A stretch of 64,000 nt of DNA from an uncultured Verrucomicrobiae bacterium (GTDB lineage: Bacteria; Chlamydiota; Chlamydiia; Chlamydiales; Rhabdochlamydiaceae), in assembly GCA_963731265.1 (NCBI GenBank), contig CAVSUE010000002.1:224001-288000 (forward strand). Reading direction: 5' to 3'. The position numbers and the translations under genes were made by a program. This document shows positions 9,700 through 20,404 of this stretch, one piece after another. Within the stretch, counting starts at the first letter, position 1. Every line of letters starts with the position of its first letter. The notes under the pieces were generated by a model that was given only the letters and a program-made list of their open reading frames with translations, was not told the DNA's origin and searched no databases.

Positions 9700-10755
9700 G
9701 TGAAAAAAGCTCTTATTACGGGGATCACCGGTCAAGACGGCTCTTACTTGGCAGAATTGCTCTTAGAAAAAGGGTATCGCGTTCACGGCCTTGTGCGGCG
9801 TTCCTCGAGCATGAACTTGCACCGCATCCAGCATCTTATCGACTCCTCGGACGCAATTTCTTTGCATGAAGGAGACCTCGCCGATTCCTCTTCTTTAGAA
9901 CGGCTTGTCGATGAAATACAACCTGAAGAGATTTATAACTTGGCTGCTATGAGCCATGTGAGGGTCTCTTTCGAGATCCCAGAATACACAGCGAACGTCG
10001 ACGGGATCGGCGTGTTAAGACTTTTGGACGCCATGCGAAAAAATTGCCCCCAAGCACGCTTTTATCAAGCATCGACCTCAGAGCTCTACGGCAAGGTCCA
10101 ACAAATCCCTCAATGTGAAACAACGCCTTTTTATCCGCGGTCCCCTTATGGAGTCGCGAAGCTCTTTGCGTATTGGACGGTCGTCAACTACCGCGAAGCC
10201 TACGGTCTTTATGCCTGCAACGGCATTCTGTTCAACCACGAAAGTCCGCGACGAGGAGAAACTTTTGTCTCAAAGAAAATCACCTTAGCTGCTGCTAGAA
10301 TTGCAGCCGGATTACAAGATAAACTCGTTCTCGGTAACCTCGATGCTAAACGGGATTGGGGATATGCAAAAGATTTCGTCGAAGGCATGTGGCTGATGCT
10401 GCAGCAAGAAAAGCCGGAAGATTTCGTCCTTGCCACCGGAGAAACAACCTCAGTGCGCGAGTTTGTTCGGCTGGCATTTGAAGAAGTGGGGATAGAAATC
10501 GAGTGGTCGGGTCAAGACGTCCAAGAAAAAGGACACGAAAAAGGATCCGGCCGTCTCATCGTCGAAGTCTCTCCAGAGTTTTTTAGACCTTCCGAAGTCG
10601 ATCTCCTGATCGGCGATCCAAGCAGAGCCAAGAAAATGCTTGGTTGGTCCTCGAAAACATCCCTTAAGGAACTCGTCCAAGTCATGATGCAACATGATTT
10701 GGCCCAAATGCGCGGGCCGGCGCGAGAGTTTTCTCATGGAACCCTCTGTCAATAA
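9700..10755 (+). CDS. gmd: GDP-mannose 4,6-dehydratase
   Basis: [55 protein letters not shown]. Confidence 0.97.
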   Translation: MKKALITGITGQDGSYLAELLLEKGYRVHGLVRRSSSMNLHRIQHLIDSSDAISLHEGDLADSSSLERLVDEIQPEEIYNLAAMSHVRVSFEIPEYTANVDGIGVLRLLDAMRKNCPQARFYQASTSELYGKVQQIPQCETTPFYPRSPYGVAKLFAYWTVVNYREAYGLYACNGILFNHESPRRGETFVSKKITLAAARIAAGLQDKLVLGNLDAKRDWGYAKDFVEGMWLMLQQEKPEDFVLATGETTSVREFVRLAFEEVGIEIEWSGQDVQEKGHEKGSGRLIVEVSPEFFRPSEVDLLIGDPSRAKKMLGWSSKTSLKELVQVMMQHDLAQMRGPAREFSHGTLCQ

Positions 10756-11866
10756 AACCGCTCTCGTTTACGATTGGCTCGTGACGATCGGGGGAGGCGA
10801 AAAAACTCTTGAAGCGATCTATGAGCGCTTCCCCGTCCCCATCTTTACTCTTGTGCATCATCGCAAGGCGATGGCGCAAACGGCTTTGGCACAAGCGGAG
10901 GTGCGCTCTTCCTTTTTGCAAAAAATCCCCTTCTCTACGTCTTGTTACCGCTATCTCCTCCCTTTTTTCCCTTCTGCGATTGAGCAATTCGACTTAAAGG
11001 ATTACGATCTGATCCTCTCGACCTCGCATGCTGTGGCCAAAGGCGTTCTTACTCATTCAGGACAGCTCCATCTTTGCTATTGTCTCACCCCAATGCGTTA
11101 TGCATGGGACTTAAGCCACCAATACTTACAAGCTCTAGGCCCCTTGCAAAAAACCCTTGCCCGCATCGCCCTGCACCGGATGCGGAATTGGGACATTGCC
11201 TCTTTGAATCGCGTCGATCATTTCGCAGCGATCTCGCATTACATCGCAAGGCGCATTAAGAAAATTTATGGCAGAGATTCCGAAGTCATTTACCCTCCCG
11301 TCGACACAGATAAAATCCCCTTCCAGGAAGCCAAAGAGGATTTCTATTTGACCGTCTCTCGGCTTGTGCCTTACAAAAAAATCGATCTCATTGTGGAGGC
11401 CTTCTCCCAGATACCCCATAAAAGACTCGTCGTGATCGGCGAAGGGCCTGAGATGAACAAAATCAAACAGAAAGCGGGAAAAAATATTGAGATCTTAGGA
11501 CATCAAAGCGATCAGGTGGTCCGCGATTATATGAAAAAAGCTAGAGGGTTTCTATTTGCAGCGGAAGAAGATTTTGGGATCGTCGTGGTTGAAGCGCAAG
11601 CGGCGGGCACTCCCGTTATTGCCTATGGTCAGGGCGCAGCCCTGGAAACCGTCATCGAAAAGAAAACAGGCCTTTTTTTTGATGCGCAAACGGTCGAAAG
11701 TTTGTTAAAAACATTGAGTCAATTCGAGCAACACAACTTCGATCCATCCGCCATCCGACAACACGCTCAAAGCTTCAATAAATTGCGTTTCCAAAGAGAA
11801 TTTCAGGATTTTGTCACACGTAAATTAAGGGATTTTCATGAAAATCATCATTCTTGCAGGCGGTAG
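10736..11866 (+). CDS. Glycosyltransferase family 4 (WbaZ-like mannosyltransferase)
   Basis: [44 protein letters not shown]. Confidence 0.9.
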   Translation: MEPSVNKTALVYDWLVTIGGGEKTLEAIYERFPVPIFTLVHHRKAMAQTALAQAEVRSSFLQKIPFSTSCYRYLLPFFPSAIEQFDLKDYDLILSTSHAVAKGVLTHSGQLHLCYCLTPMRYAWDLSHQYLQALGPLQKTLARIALHRMRNWDIASLNRVDHFAAISHYIARRIKKIYGRDSEVIYPPVDTDKIPFQEAKEDFYLTVSRLVPYKKIDLIVEAFSQIPHKRLVVIGEGPEMNKIKQKAGKNIEILGHQSDQVVRDYMKKARGFLFAAEEDFGIVVVEAQAAGTPVIAYGQGAALETVIEKKTGLFFDAQTVESLLKTLSQFEQHNFDPSAIRQHAQSFNKLRFQREFQDFVTRKLRDFHENHHSCRR

Positions 11867-13241
11867 CGGAACTCGGCTTTGGCCTTATTCCAGAAACTGC
11901 TTTCCCAAACAATTTTTGCATTTTGGCGATCAACGCTCCCTTTTACAGAAGACGATTGAACGGTTCAACGGCTATTGTCCTCTCTCCGATCTATTGATTG
12001 TCACCAATCACGCTTACTTTCATCTCGTTAAGTCACAAGTCCGGGAAATTGCTCCGGAATTAGAAAAACAGATCTTAGTCGAACCCGAGCGAAGAAATAC
12101 TGCGCCTGCGATCGCTTTAGCGATCGCCTATCTCCAAAAGGAAAAAGGGCTGTCGCCAGAGGAATCCGTTCTCGTTTGTTCCTCCGATCATCTCATTTCT
12201 CCTCCTGAAAAATTCTTGGAAGCTGTCACCAATGGGGAAAATTTCGCGAAAAAAGGTGTCCATGTGATTTTTGGGGTCCGTCCGCATAAGCCTGAGACCG
12301 GTTATGGTTATATTAAAACAGGTAACTCCCTTTCCGATGAAATATCTGAGGTAGAACAATTCGTCGAAAAGCCAAATCTCGAATTGGCTCAAAAGTATCT
12401 CCTCGACGGCCATTATCTTTGGAATTCCGGGATTTTCCTTTTTCAGCTGAAAACGCTTCTTGAGGAGATGCAGCAATACTCTCCCCTTATCTTTGAAAAA
12501 ATGCAAAATTATGACCTATGCCTGGCTGATTTCGCAGAATTGCCCGATATCTCCATCGATTATGCTCTCATGGAAAAATCGAAAAAGACAGTCGTTATTC
12601 CTTTGGAAACGACCTGGTCCGATGTCGGATCGTGGGACAGTGTTTACGAGCTTCTTGAAAAAGATGAAAATCAAAACGTGAAAATCGGCAACATTCTCGA
12701 TATAGACACCCAGAATTGTCTGATCATGGGGGGCAAGCGCTTGATCTCGACAATCGGCCTCAATGATCTGCTCGTTATAGAGACCGAAGACGCGCTTTTC
12801 ATTGGAAAAAAAGGGGAATCCCAGCGGGTAAAAAATCTTGTCGAAGAGCTCAAGAAAAGAAATGCGAAGGAACCGTTCGAAAATTTAACTTCTCACCGTC
12901 CGTGGGGTAAATTTACCGTGTTGGAAGAAGGGAACCGATATAAAATCAAACGGATCGTCGTCGACCCCGGAGAGAGGTTAAGCCTGCAGATGCATTATCA
13001 TCGCAGCGAACACTGGGTCGTGGTCAAAGGTACTGCAAAAGTCACGATTGGCGAAAAGGAACTCCTGGTCCATGAGAATGAGAGCGTCTTCGTTCCCAAG
13101 TCTGAAGTCCACAGATTGGAGAATCCAGGAAAAATCGCTTTAGAGCTTATCGAAGTCCAAGTGGGTGAATACGTTGGGGAAGAGGATATCGTCCGTTTTG
13201 AGGACATTTATGGGCGTCACCAGGCAATAGTGAATAAATAG
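11838..13241 (+). CDS. manC: Mannose-1-phosphate guanylyltransferase/mannose-6-phosphate isomerase
   Basis: [32 protein letters not shown], cupin HRPWG...SLQMHYHRSEHW. Confidence 0.96.
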   Translation: MKIIILAGGSGTRLWPYSRNCFPKQFLHFGDQRSLLQKTIERFNGYCPLSDLLIVTNHAYFHLVKSQVREIAPELEKQILVEPERRNTAPAIALAIAYLQKEKGLSPEESVLVCSSDHLISPPEKFLEAVTNGENFAKKGVHVIFGVRPHKPETGYGYIKTGNSLSDEISEVEQFVEKPNLELAQKYLLDGHYLWNSGIFLFQLKTLLEEMQQYSPLIFEKMQNYDLCLADFAELPDISIDYALMEKSKKTVVIPLETTWSDVGSWDSVYELLEKDENQNVKIGNILDIDTQNCLIMGGKRLISTIGLNDLLVIETEDALFIGKKGESQRVKNLVEELKKRNAKEPFENLTSHRPWGKFTVLEEGNRYKIKRIVVDPGERLSLQMHYHRSEHWVVVKGTAKVTIGEKELLVHENESVFVPKSEVHRLENPGKIALELIEVQVGEYVGEEDIVRFEDIYGRHQAIVNK

Positions 13242-13242
13242 T

Positions 13243-14607
13243 GTGACAAAGATAGAACTTTTCCAGGGCGCGCTATGCTTTACTCCTGTTTGGGGTATTG
13301 TCGATCTGCTTCTCATCTTTCATTTCTTTTTTTGTTGGTACCGGTCTGCTAAAAGAACGCAATGGAAGATAGATTTATGGTATTTAACTCTTTTTGTGGC
13401 TTTTTTTCCTTCGCTTCTTCTTCTTTATCCATTTAATGGATCTATTTATAATGTTTTATCGATTTTTGAATTCAAAGACAAAGTTATTCCTTATATTGAC
13501 ATGGCATTTTTCATTAGTTTGATGGGATATTTATCAGTATGGATTGGCCGGTACTTGTATGATTATACGCGAGGTAAATTTCCTTTTATCGTCATATTTC
13601 ATCTCACCCGACCGGCATGTCAGGCTTTAGAAAACAACATTAAGAGCAACAGAGCTTATCTTTTTGTTGTTCTAATGTCGATGCTGTTTGGTTCTGTTAT
13701 TGTTGCTTTCCAATTCAAAGAGGGGTATTTTTTTAATGCCAGGGGATATTTCTTAAAAGAGCCTTTTTTAAGGCCTCTTTTTAATTTAACAATTTCTATT
13801 TTCTCGGTTGCGTTTCCTTTTCTAGCCCTCCGTTATATCCAGTTCAAGGAAAAGAAATGTCTGAAATTTATCGTAGTTTTGCTAGTTTTTACCATTTTTT
13901 TCGGCGTTCGCGCTCTAGGGCTTAGTGGCCTCCTTTTTCTCATTACATATTCCATCTATTATCGTTCTGGACAGTTTAGTTTTTTTAAACTTATTGCCAT
14001 ATTTCTTTCTTTGTCGTTTGTTGCTGTCGCTCTAGGGGTTTTGAGAGAAAATGAGTTTAATTTATCGCAACTTTTGACTTTATATCTTGCTAAAATTTTT
14101 TATGGGAACAATTTTTCAGATACTCGTGATTTTGCGTGGATATTAGCCTATTGGGATGGAGAGTATTTATGGGGCAAAACGTATTTGGCTGCTTTGATTT
14201 CTTTCATTCCCCGCGTTTTTAGCTCTATTCGAGGAGAATGGGGCATTTCCATGTATACAAATGAGCTGATGGGTTTTGATTCCGATATCATGCCTGGCTT
14301 AAGACCAGGAATGTTTGGCGAGGCCTTCTTGAATTTTGGGTATGCTGGAGTCATTTTTTTCGGTCTACTCTTTGGTTTTGCTTTGAGATTCAGTGATTTA
14401 AAAATCAAAGAACATGTCAAAAAATCCAAAGACATTATCAAAGGTTATTCGCACCTGTTTGTATTTACAATTTTATGCCATTTGAGTGTTTCCGCAGGAA
14501 TGTGGTCTTTCTATGCGTTTCTATTTATAAATTTTGCAATGGTTTTAGTCCGCGGAAAAGTAAAGAAAACAAAAGCTCTAAAACGGGAAGAAAAATTTGC
14601 AAATTAG
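13243..14607 (+). CDS. wzy: O-antigen/oligosaccharide repeat polymerase (Wzy-like)
   Basis: AT-rich, ~10 TM; YGNNFSDTRDFAW, GLRPGMFGEAFLNFG typical of repeat-unit polymerases. Confidence 0.7.
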   Translation: MTKIELFQGALCFTPVWGIVDLLLIFHFFFCWYRSAKRTQWKIDLWYLTLFVAFFPSLLLLYPFNGSIYNVLSIFEFKDKVIPYIDMAFFISLMGYLSVWIGRYLYDYTRGKFPFIVIFHLTRPACQALENNIKSNRAYLFVVLMSMLFGSVIVAFQFKEGYFFNARGYFLKEPFLRPLFNLTISIFSVAFPFLALRYIQFKEKKCLKFIVVLLVFTIFFGVRALGLSGLLFLITYSIYYRSGQFSFFKLIAIFLSLSFVAVALGVLRENEFNLSQLLTLYLAKIFYGNNFSDTRDFAWILAYWDGEYLWGKTYLAALISFIPRVFSSIRGEWGISMYTNELMGFDSDIMPGLRPGMFGEAFLNFGYAGVIFFGLLFGFALRFSDLKIKEHVKKSKDIIKGYSHLFVFTILCHLSVSAGMWSFYAFLFINFAMVLVRGKVKKTKALKREEKFAN

Positions 14608-15007
14608 TCGATTGCATTTTAGAAGAAATCGCAACCGTTTACCTCAACCAAGGATATGTCTGATTTATTCGCGTTCCGAAGTTGGCTGTTCCTCGCTGGG
14701 GCGGATCTTGTCACTTTTTTGAGTCGCGGGTAAATACTACAAACACATGCTTCGCGATTTGCTCGTTTCCCTAAGGAAAATGAGCACACCTGGAATGCCT
14801 CACTCAACTTTTGACTTGCGGAAAATACGTGACGGTGTAAAATTCCTTATCAACCATGAATTTAGTGTTTTACGCCACTTTCAAATCATAAAAAATTTCA
14901 GGGATGTTTTATTAGTTCCATACCCTAATTAGCACATTCTTTACTTTTGGAAAGCAATCCGTGTCAATCCTTTGTCTTTACAATCCTAACAAGCTCATAG
15001 GCCCTGC

Positions 15008-15970
15008 ATGAATTCCATCTGCAATCTCAAAATTTTTTTTCTAAGTGTTTTAGTCATACTTTCGAGTACATTTTCCCTCCACGGGAAAATTCTTTTTTTA
15101 ACATTTCACTATAACCAGCCAGAACTAATTCTTTTGCAAAATCAAGCGTTTAAAGCATTTATTCAAGATGACTATGAAATGATCGTCTTCAATGACGCAG
15201 CAACGGATGAAATGGGACAACAAATCCAATTGGCCTGCGAAAAGGCAGGGGTTCGTTGTGTGCGATATGAACAACAGTGGCATGAGACGGATCCACTTAA
15301 CACACGAGTCCGTAATTGGCTGTCCAATCCTTCCATTTCTTTTCGCGATCTGCCGGATATTCCTGGTAACATGCTGGCAAATGGCAGCATTAGGCATTGC
15401 CACATTATTCAGTATGCTCTCGACAATTTTGGATACCGGCACGATGACATTGTTGTCATCTTAGATGGAGACCTTCTCCCGATTCGGCCTATTTCTGTAA
15501 GGGCCTTATTAAATAATGCAGTTATCGCAAGTTCCTATAGAGGTAACTTTCTTTATTTCTGGGTCACATTTATAGCGATGGACATGCCAAAATTGCCCGA
15601 TAAGGGAGACCTGCATTTCTCCGTAGATGTGATCAATAATGTGCTACACGATTCAGGTGCGCACAGTTATCATTACTTACAGCGCCACCCCGCATTACCA
15701 AAAAAAATTTTTCAAGCCTTGGAAAGCCATATCGTAGGAAATAGGAGTGCTGCAAAGTTGAAAGCAAAGTACCGGCTTGCTGATTCAGAGTGCCAGCTCA
15801 TCAAAAAAATCGTTGATTCAAATCATCAAATCGATTTCCAAGTAGACAAACACTTCCTCCATCTTCGCGCTAGTAGAAGTGATGAGGTTATGCGTACTAA
15901 ATTACCCATAGTCAAAGAATTTGTTTTAAAGCGGATTGCGAATTATCAAAAAAACGGCGTCATCGAATAG
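15008..15970 (+). CDS. Exported hypothetical protein, possible GT-A fold glycosyltransferase
   Basis: Signal peptide, then TFHYNQPELI, IVFNDA and ILDGD (DxD) motifs. Confidence 0.55.
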   Translation: MNSICNLKIFFLSVLVILSSTFSLHGKILFLTFHYNQPELILLQNQAFKAFIQDDYEMIVFNDAATDEMGQQIQLACEKAGVRCVRYEQQWHETDPLNTRVRNWLSNPSISFRDLPDIPGNMLANGSIRHCHIIQYALDNFGYRHDDIVVILDGDLLPIRPISVRALLNNAVIASSYRGNFLYFWVTFIAMDMPKLPDKGDLHFSVDVINNVLHDSGAHSYHYLQRHPALPKKIFQALESHIVGNRSAAKLKAKYRLADSECQLIKKIVDSNHQIDFQVDKHFLHLRASRSDEVMRTKLPIVKEFVLKRIANYQKNGVIE

Positions 15971-16027
15971 CATTTACTCCTTACAGTTAAAAAGAGTATT
16001 CCGTGAAATTCCTCAAAGGTCTGAAAA

Positions 16028-16981
16028 GTGGATACTGAGCCATTCCCGTTATCTAAAATTATTCTTCCAGGTGGGGCCGGCCTCGTGGGACATAATCTTG
16101 TTGCCCATTTGAAACGCAACGGGTGTAAAAATTTGGTCGTACTGGATAAACACCGTTCTAATCTGGAAACTTTAAAACAGCTGCACTCGGATATTAGCGT
16201 GGAATATGCAGACTTGGCAATAGATGGCTCCTGGAAGCGGCATTTTGAGAATGCGGGAACTGTTGTCATGCTCCAGGCACAGATCGGTGGGCCGACGCTA
16301 GAACCCTTCATTAGAAACAATATCGATTCTACCCGACGGATTTTGGATGCCATCGAGCATTATAAAGTGCCTTATACAGTGCACATTAGCTCATCTGTCG
16401 TTGCATCTGTTGCAGACGATCATTATACCCGTACCAAACGAGAACAAGAAAAAGTTGTGTTGGAAAGTGGCATCCCTTGCGTTGTACTAAGGCCCACGCT
16501 GATGTTTGGCTGGTTCGACCGCAAGCATTTGGGTTGGCTATCACGTTTTATGCATAGGACCCCCATTTTTCCAATTCCAGGGCACGGGCGCTATATGCGC
16601 CAGCCGTTATATACCGGGGATTTTTGTAAAATCATCATGCGCTGCATGCAAGATAGAATTCAAGGGAAGGTATTTAACATTTCCGGGCTCGATAGAATTG
16701 ATTATATAGATTTGATTCGATTGATTAAAAAGTGTATTGATTCCAATTGCTTGATTGTCAAAATTCCTTATCACTTTTTCTATGGTTTGCTAAAAACATG
16801 GGCTCTATTCGATTCCAATCCTCCCTTTACAGCAGATCAATTGAAGGCGTTAACTGCAGGCGATGAGTTTGAAAGAACCGACTGGCCAACTCTTTTTAAT
16901 ATCAAAGCGACGCCTCTACCAGAAGCCATCCATGAAACTTTTAATGATCCCATTTACAGCAAAGTAGCTTTAGAATTTTAG
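16028..16981 (+). CDS. NAD-dependent epimerase/dehydratase (extended SDR)
   Basis: PGGAGLVG Rossmann motif, HISSS, YTRTK. Confidence 0.85.
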   Translation: MDTEPFPLSKIILPGGAGLVGHNLVAHLKRNGCKNLVVLDKHRSNLETLKQLHSDISVEYADLAIDGSWKRHFENAGTVVMLQAQIGGPTLEPFIRNNIDSTRRILDAIEHYKVPYTVHISSSVVASVADDHYTRTKREQEKVVLESGIPCVVLRPTLMFGWFDRKHLGWLSRFMHRTPIFPIPGHGRYMRQPLYTGDFCKIIMRCMQDRIQGKVFNISGLDRIDYIDLIRLIKKCIDSNCLIVKIPYHFFYGLLKTWALFDSNPPFTADQLKALTAGDEFERTDWPTLFNIKATPLPEAIHETFNDPIYSKVALEF

Positions 16982-16982
16982 A

Positions 16983-18287
16983 ATGAAAAAGAATCCCCAC
17001 CCAGTGTGTGTTCTAGGAGCCGGACCCATGGGGCTGGCTGTCGCCTATCAATTAATCAAAGAAGGATGCAAGCCCATCCTCTTCGAAGCTGACGATCGGG
17101 TAGGAGGGATGACAGCGGCTTTTGATTTTGGAGGTCTGAGCATAGAACGGTATTACCACTTCCATTGCGTTTCCGATAAAGCCTTTTTGGAAATCTTGGA
17201 CGAGCTTGGTCTCGCGGATAAAATGCGTTGGACTGAAACTAAAATGGGCTATTTCTACGAGCGCCAAGTCCACCCCTGGGGAAACCCCCTCGCACTTCTT
17301 AAGTTTCGCGGGCTCAATCTACTGTCAAAATTCAGGTATGGTCTGCACGTGTTCTGTTCCACTAAGCGTAATAATTGGAAGGGATTGGACGCAAAAGAGG
17401 CCTCAAGTTGGATCAAAAGCTGGATTGGCGATGAAGCCTATGAAATTCTGTGGCGTCGGCTCTTTGATTATAAATTCTATGAGTATGCCAATCAGCTTTC
17501 TGCCGCCTGGATCTGGAGCCGAATCCGTAGGACGGGCCGTTCCCGCTATGATCTCTTCCGCGAAAAATTAGGCCACCTTGAGGGAGGATCGGAGGTTCTT
17601 TTACAAGCCTTGAAAAGCTTTATCGAATCACAGGGTGGTGAAATTCGGCTGAAGCAGCCCATTTCCCGAGTTGTTATTGAAAATAACGCAGTCAAAGGCG
17701 TTGAATCAGGAGGAAAATTTGAAAAGTTTTCAAAAGTGGTGAGTACCGTGCCTTTGCCCTACCTGCCTCAATTGATGCCAGATTTGTCGGCCAGCATCCT
17801 GAATGCTTATCGTTCTGTAAAAAATATCGCCGTTGTCTGCGTGATCGCAAAACTGAAACGAAAGGTGACGGAAAATTTTTGGCTGAATGTCAATGATCCC
17901 GAAATGGATATCCCCGGGCTTGTTGAATACACCAACTTGAGGCCATTATCGGAGCATATTGTTTATGTTCCCTTTTACATGCCAGGCGAGCATCCCAAGT
18001 TTCTGGAACCCAATCAGAACTTTTTAGATAAAGTGCAGCGGTATTTGCGCATCATTAATCCAGAGCTGCAAAGCGAAGATTTCATTGAAATGCGAGCCAG
18101 TCGCTATCGTTATGCGCAGCCGATTTGCATGCCAGGGCATTTAAAAAGCTTGCCTCCCGCTAAATTGCCCACAGAGGGTTTATGGGCTGCCGACACTTCC
18201 TACTACTACCCTGAAGACCGCGGCATTTCTGAAAGCATTGAGTTTGGAAGGAAATTGGCAAAAGAGGTTGCCAATAGTCATGTTTAG
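16983..18287 (+). CDS. FAD/NAD(P)-dependent oxidoreductase (amine oxidase/protoporphyrinogen oxidase-like, glycan-cluster type)
   Basis: VLGAGPMGLAVA, EADDRVGGM, ERYYHFH, YYPEDRGISES. Confidence 0.85.
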   Translation: MKKNPHPVCVLGAGPMGLAVAYQLIKEGCKPILFEADDRVGGMTAAFDFGGLSIERYYHFHCVSDKAFLEILDELGLADKMRWTETKMGYFYERQVHPWGNPLALLKFRGLNLLSKFRYGLHVFCSTKRNNWKGLDAKEASSWIKSWIGDEAYEILWRRLFDYKFYEYANQLSAAWIWSRIRRTGRSRYDLFREKLGHLEGGSEVLLQALKSFIESQGGEIRLKQPISRVVIENNAVKGVESGGKFEKFSKVVSTVPLPYLPQLMPDLSASILNAYRSVKNIAVVCVIAKLKRKVTENFWLNVNDPEMDIPGLVEYTNLRPLSEHIVYVPFYMPGEHPKFLEPNQNFLDKVQRYLRIINPELQSEDFIEMRASRYRYAQPICMPGHLKSLPPAKLPTEGLWAADTSYYYPEDRGISESIEFGRKLAKEVANSHV

Positions 18288-18681
18288 AAATTTTCTTTCC
18301 AAACAATTTATCCTGTTTCTTTTCACAGGCGGAATCGCCGCCACAGTCAACTTTGGCAGCAGGATCCTTTACAGCTCATGGGTGAACTACTCTGCGGCCA
18401 TTGTATTCGCCTACCTGACAGGCATGACCACGGCATTTATCCTCGCAAGAGTGTTTGTATTTAGAGAAGGCCAACAAAACATGACGCGTTCCGCTTGGAT
18501 TTTTTCGTTGGTCAATCTGGTTGCAGTCGCGCAAACGTGTGGTATCAGTCTCTTATTGGCCCATTATTTGCTGCCATGGCTAGGGATGAAACAGTTTGTC
18601 CACGAAATCGCGCACGCAGTAGGCATTGTCATACCCGTGTTTACAAGTTATGTGGGCCATAAGCGGTGGTCTTTTCGATGA
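18280..18681 (+). CDS. GtrA family polyprenyl-phosphosugar translocase
   Basis: 133 aa, 4 TM; QFILFLFTGGIAATVN, LARVFVF, GHKRWSF. Confidence 0.85.
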   Translation: MFRNFLSKQFILFLFTGGIAATVNFGSRILYSSWVNYSAAIVFAYLTGMTTAFILARVFVFREGQQNMTRSAWIFSLVNLVAVAQTCGISLLLAHYLLPWLGMKQFVHEIAHAVGIVIPVFTSYVGHKRWSFR

Positions 18682-18732
18682 TCAACCGATATGCCATTTT
18701 TGATCCCCACATAGCCTGAACAGTACTGAGCC

Positions 18733-20211
18733 TCATTCTTGATAATACCAAAAAGACGCCCTACTACGAACGTTGAGGTGATTATCGACAGCAAATTGAT
18801 CGACTGCGCGTTTTATTGATAATGTAGGTCCATCTAGATAGTCATCTCCACAAAGAATGCCGTGTCCTTTCACTAAAGGAAACCAGGCTGCGATATCCGA
18901 ATACACTGAGTCATAATCATGGCTTGCATCGAGATAGATTAAATCAGGTGAGAAATTTACTAGAAATTTGCTCCCATCTAAACTGCTCATCCTCAAAGGG
19001 ACAATCTTATGTGTTAAACGGGCATGGATCACGTTGGATAAAAATTGTTCGTAGAGATAGGGCAATTTAGGATGCCATCCTGGTTGACCTGGTTGCTGTT
19101 CCGCAGATCCAAGCCAGTGATCGATGGCGTACAATATCCCTCCTTTTTGTAAAAGCGAGGCGATATGTCTTGTCGACAACCCAAACCAACAACCCACTTC
19201 AACCACTACCTTAGGGTTATACTTCTTGAAAAATTCTTCCAGGATTTCAGCATGTCGATACCATCCGTGAGGATCAAAAGGAAGAAGATCAATGTTATTG
19301 TACGGCTCAGGTAAAAGAGTGCCGGTATCAATAAGCCCAAGTTCTCTGAAATAGGGAATATGATCACGAACAAATTGAGGATATGTTTCATCAATCTCAA
19401 CAAGTTTCAACGCTTCAATATCTTCGAGGATTCTTTGAGGCTGTTTGAAAGGCTCATTATCGAGCTCAGAATGAGAAAAACTCTCTAATTTTTTCCTTAC
19501 TTGATGGAGCCCGCCCATATAGGTAAAATGCCATCCAGCATCATGGATAGCGCTTTCGTCGCACTTTCTTTCTATGCGGACTGCATTTGGCGATCTTGTT
19601 TTCACGTAAGCATATTTTGCAGCAACAGAACCATGCCAATTGGTCACACTACCACGACGGTGCCCATATCGATTGAGAAAATAGGTGTATATGGTTTGAT
19701 TGCAAGCGATGGATTGTGATCGATTCTCGAGAAGAGGAGCAATAAGTTCTGGGAGCTTTGAAGCGCGTACGATTTCATCGAGATCCTCGATGATGACAAT
19801 GTCGTTATCATCACATCCCGTTAATCCCTTTAGAATTTGATTTCGTTGGTAAGCTTCCCGTTGCCAAGGATCGTTCGTTTCCAAATGTTCTGCTACAACA
19901 ATATGGATGATTTTATCTAGAAATTGACTGAATTTTTGTTTGTTTTCTTCAAACAGTAGTGGTTTAGGATTTCCTCTAAAAGTTTCTGTGGATTCAACAA
20001 GGACAAAATGATCTACATGGTTATAGAGTTCATTCAACTTAATTTCTAAAATCTCCAGTTCATTAAAAAAAAGAAAACAGTCGTAAATTTTTGGGACCTT
20101 ATCACTTGCAGATATCTGAAAAACACAACAAAAAGCAATGGTGAGTAATAGAGAGAATTTGTGGAAGAAAAATACCCATTTCAGTCGCGGTTTTATTTTG
20201 TACATGGTCAA
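18733..20211 (-). CDS. GT17-like glycosyltransferase fused to class I SAM methyltransferase
   Basis: N-half KIYDCFLFFNELEIL, VESTETFRG, WQREAYQRN, GWHFTY; C-half VEVGCWFGLS, DLIYLDASHDY, GILCGDDY. Confidence 0.85.
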   Translation of the reverse strand: MTMYKIKPRLKWVFFFHKFSLLLTIAFCCVFQISASDKVPKIYDCFLFFNELEILEIKLNELYNHVDHFVLVESTETFRGNPKPLLFEENKQKFSQFLDKIIHIVVAEHLETNDPWQREAYQRNQILKGLTGCDDNDIVIIEDLDEIVRASKLPELIAPLLENRSQSIACNQTIYTYFLNRYGHRRGSVTNWHGSVAAKYAYVKTRSPNAVRIERKCDESAIHDAGWHFTYMGGLHQVRKKLESFSHSELDNEPFKQPQRILEDIEALKLVEIDETYPQFVRDHIPYFRELGLIDTGTLLPEPYNNIDLLPFDPHGWYRHAEILEEFFKKYNPKVVVEVGCWFGLSTRHIASLLQKGGILYAIDHWLGSAEQQPGQPGWHPKLPYLYEQFLSNVIHARLTHKIVPLRMSSLDGSKFLVNFSPDLIYLDASHDYDSVYSDIAAWFPLVKGHGILCGDDYLDGPTLSIKRAVDQFAVDNHLNVRSRASFWYYQE

Positions 20212-20234
20212 TTCCTTTAATTATATTGCCTTGT

Positions 20235-20271
20235 GAACCTATCCCAGTAAAAAGTTTCAATCGATTTTTGG
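20235..20271. repeat. Solo left end of GAACCTATCCC-family element
   Basis: 32/37 identical to 60458-60494. Confidence 0.7.
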
Positions 20272-20404
20272 ACGTCTCCTTGCCAAAACCCCACCCTTTT
20301 AGTTCATTGCGGTAAAACATGCCAAATCTTTTCATCAGAAGACCCTAGACGTTGCATATGATCCTTTCGTAATATTCCTGATCTTTAGAATAATCTGTTT
20401 TTAT

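Noticed and set aside
11859..11870. GGCGGTAG resembling an ops/JUMPstart element
   Set aside because: Encodes the conserved GGSG motif of ManC; not in a leader
14608..15007. 400-bp intergenic region with weak inverted similarity and short ORFs (14619-14807, 14747-14932)
   Set aside because: No clean arms, no second copy in the window and no recognisable transposase motif; may be a decayed element but cannot be supported
20288..20316. Possible sigma54 promoter on the minus strand (TGGCAT...CCGC)
   Set aside because: GG-to-GC spacing is 11 nt rather than the required 10
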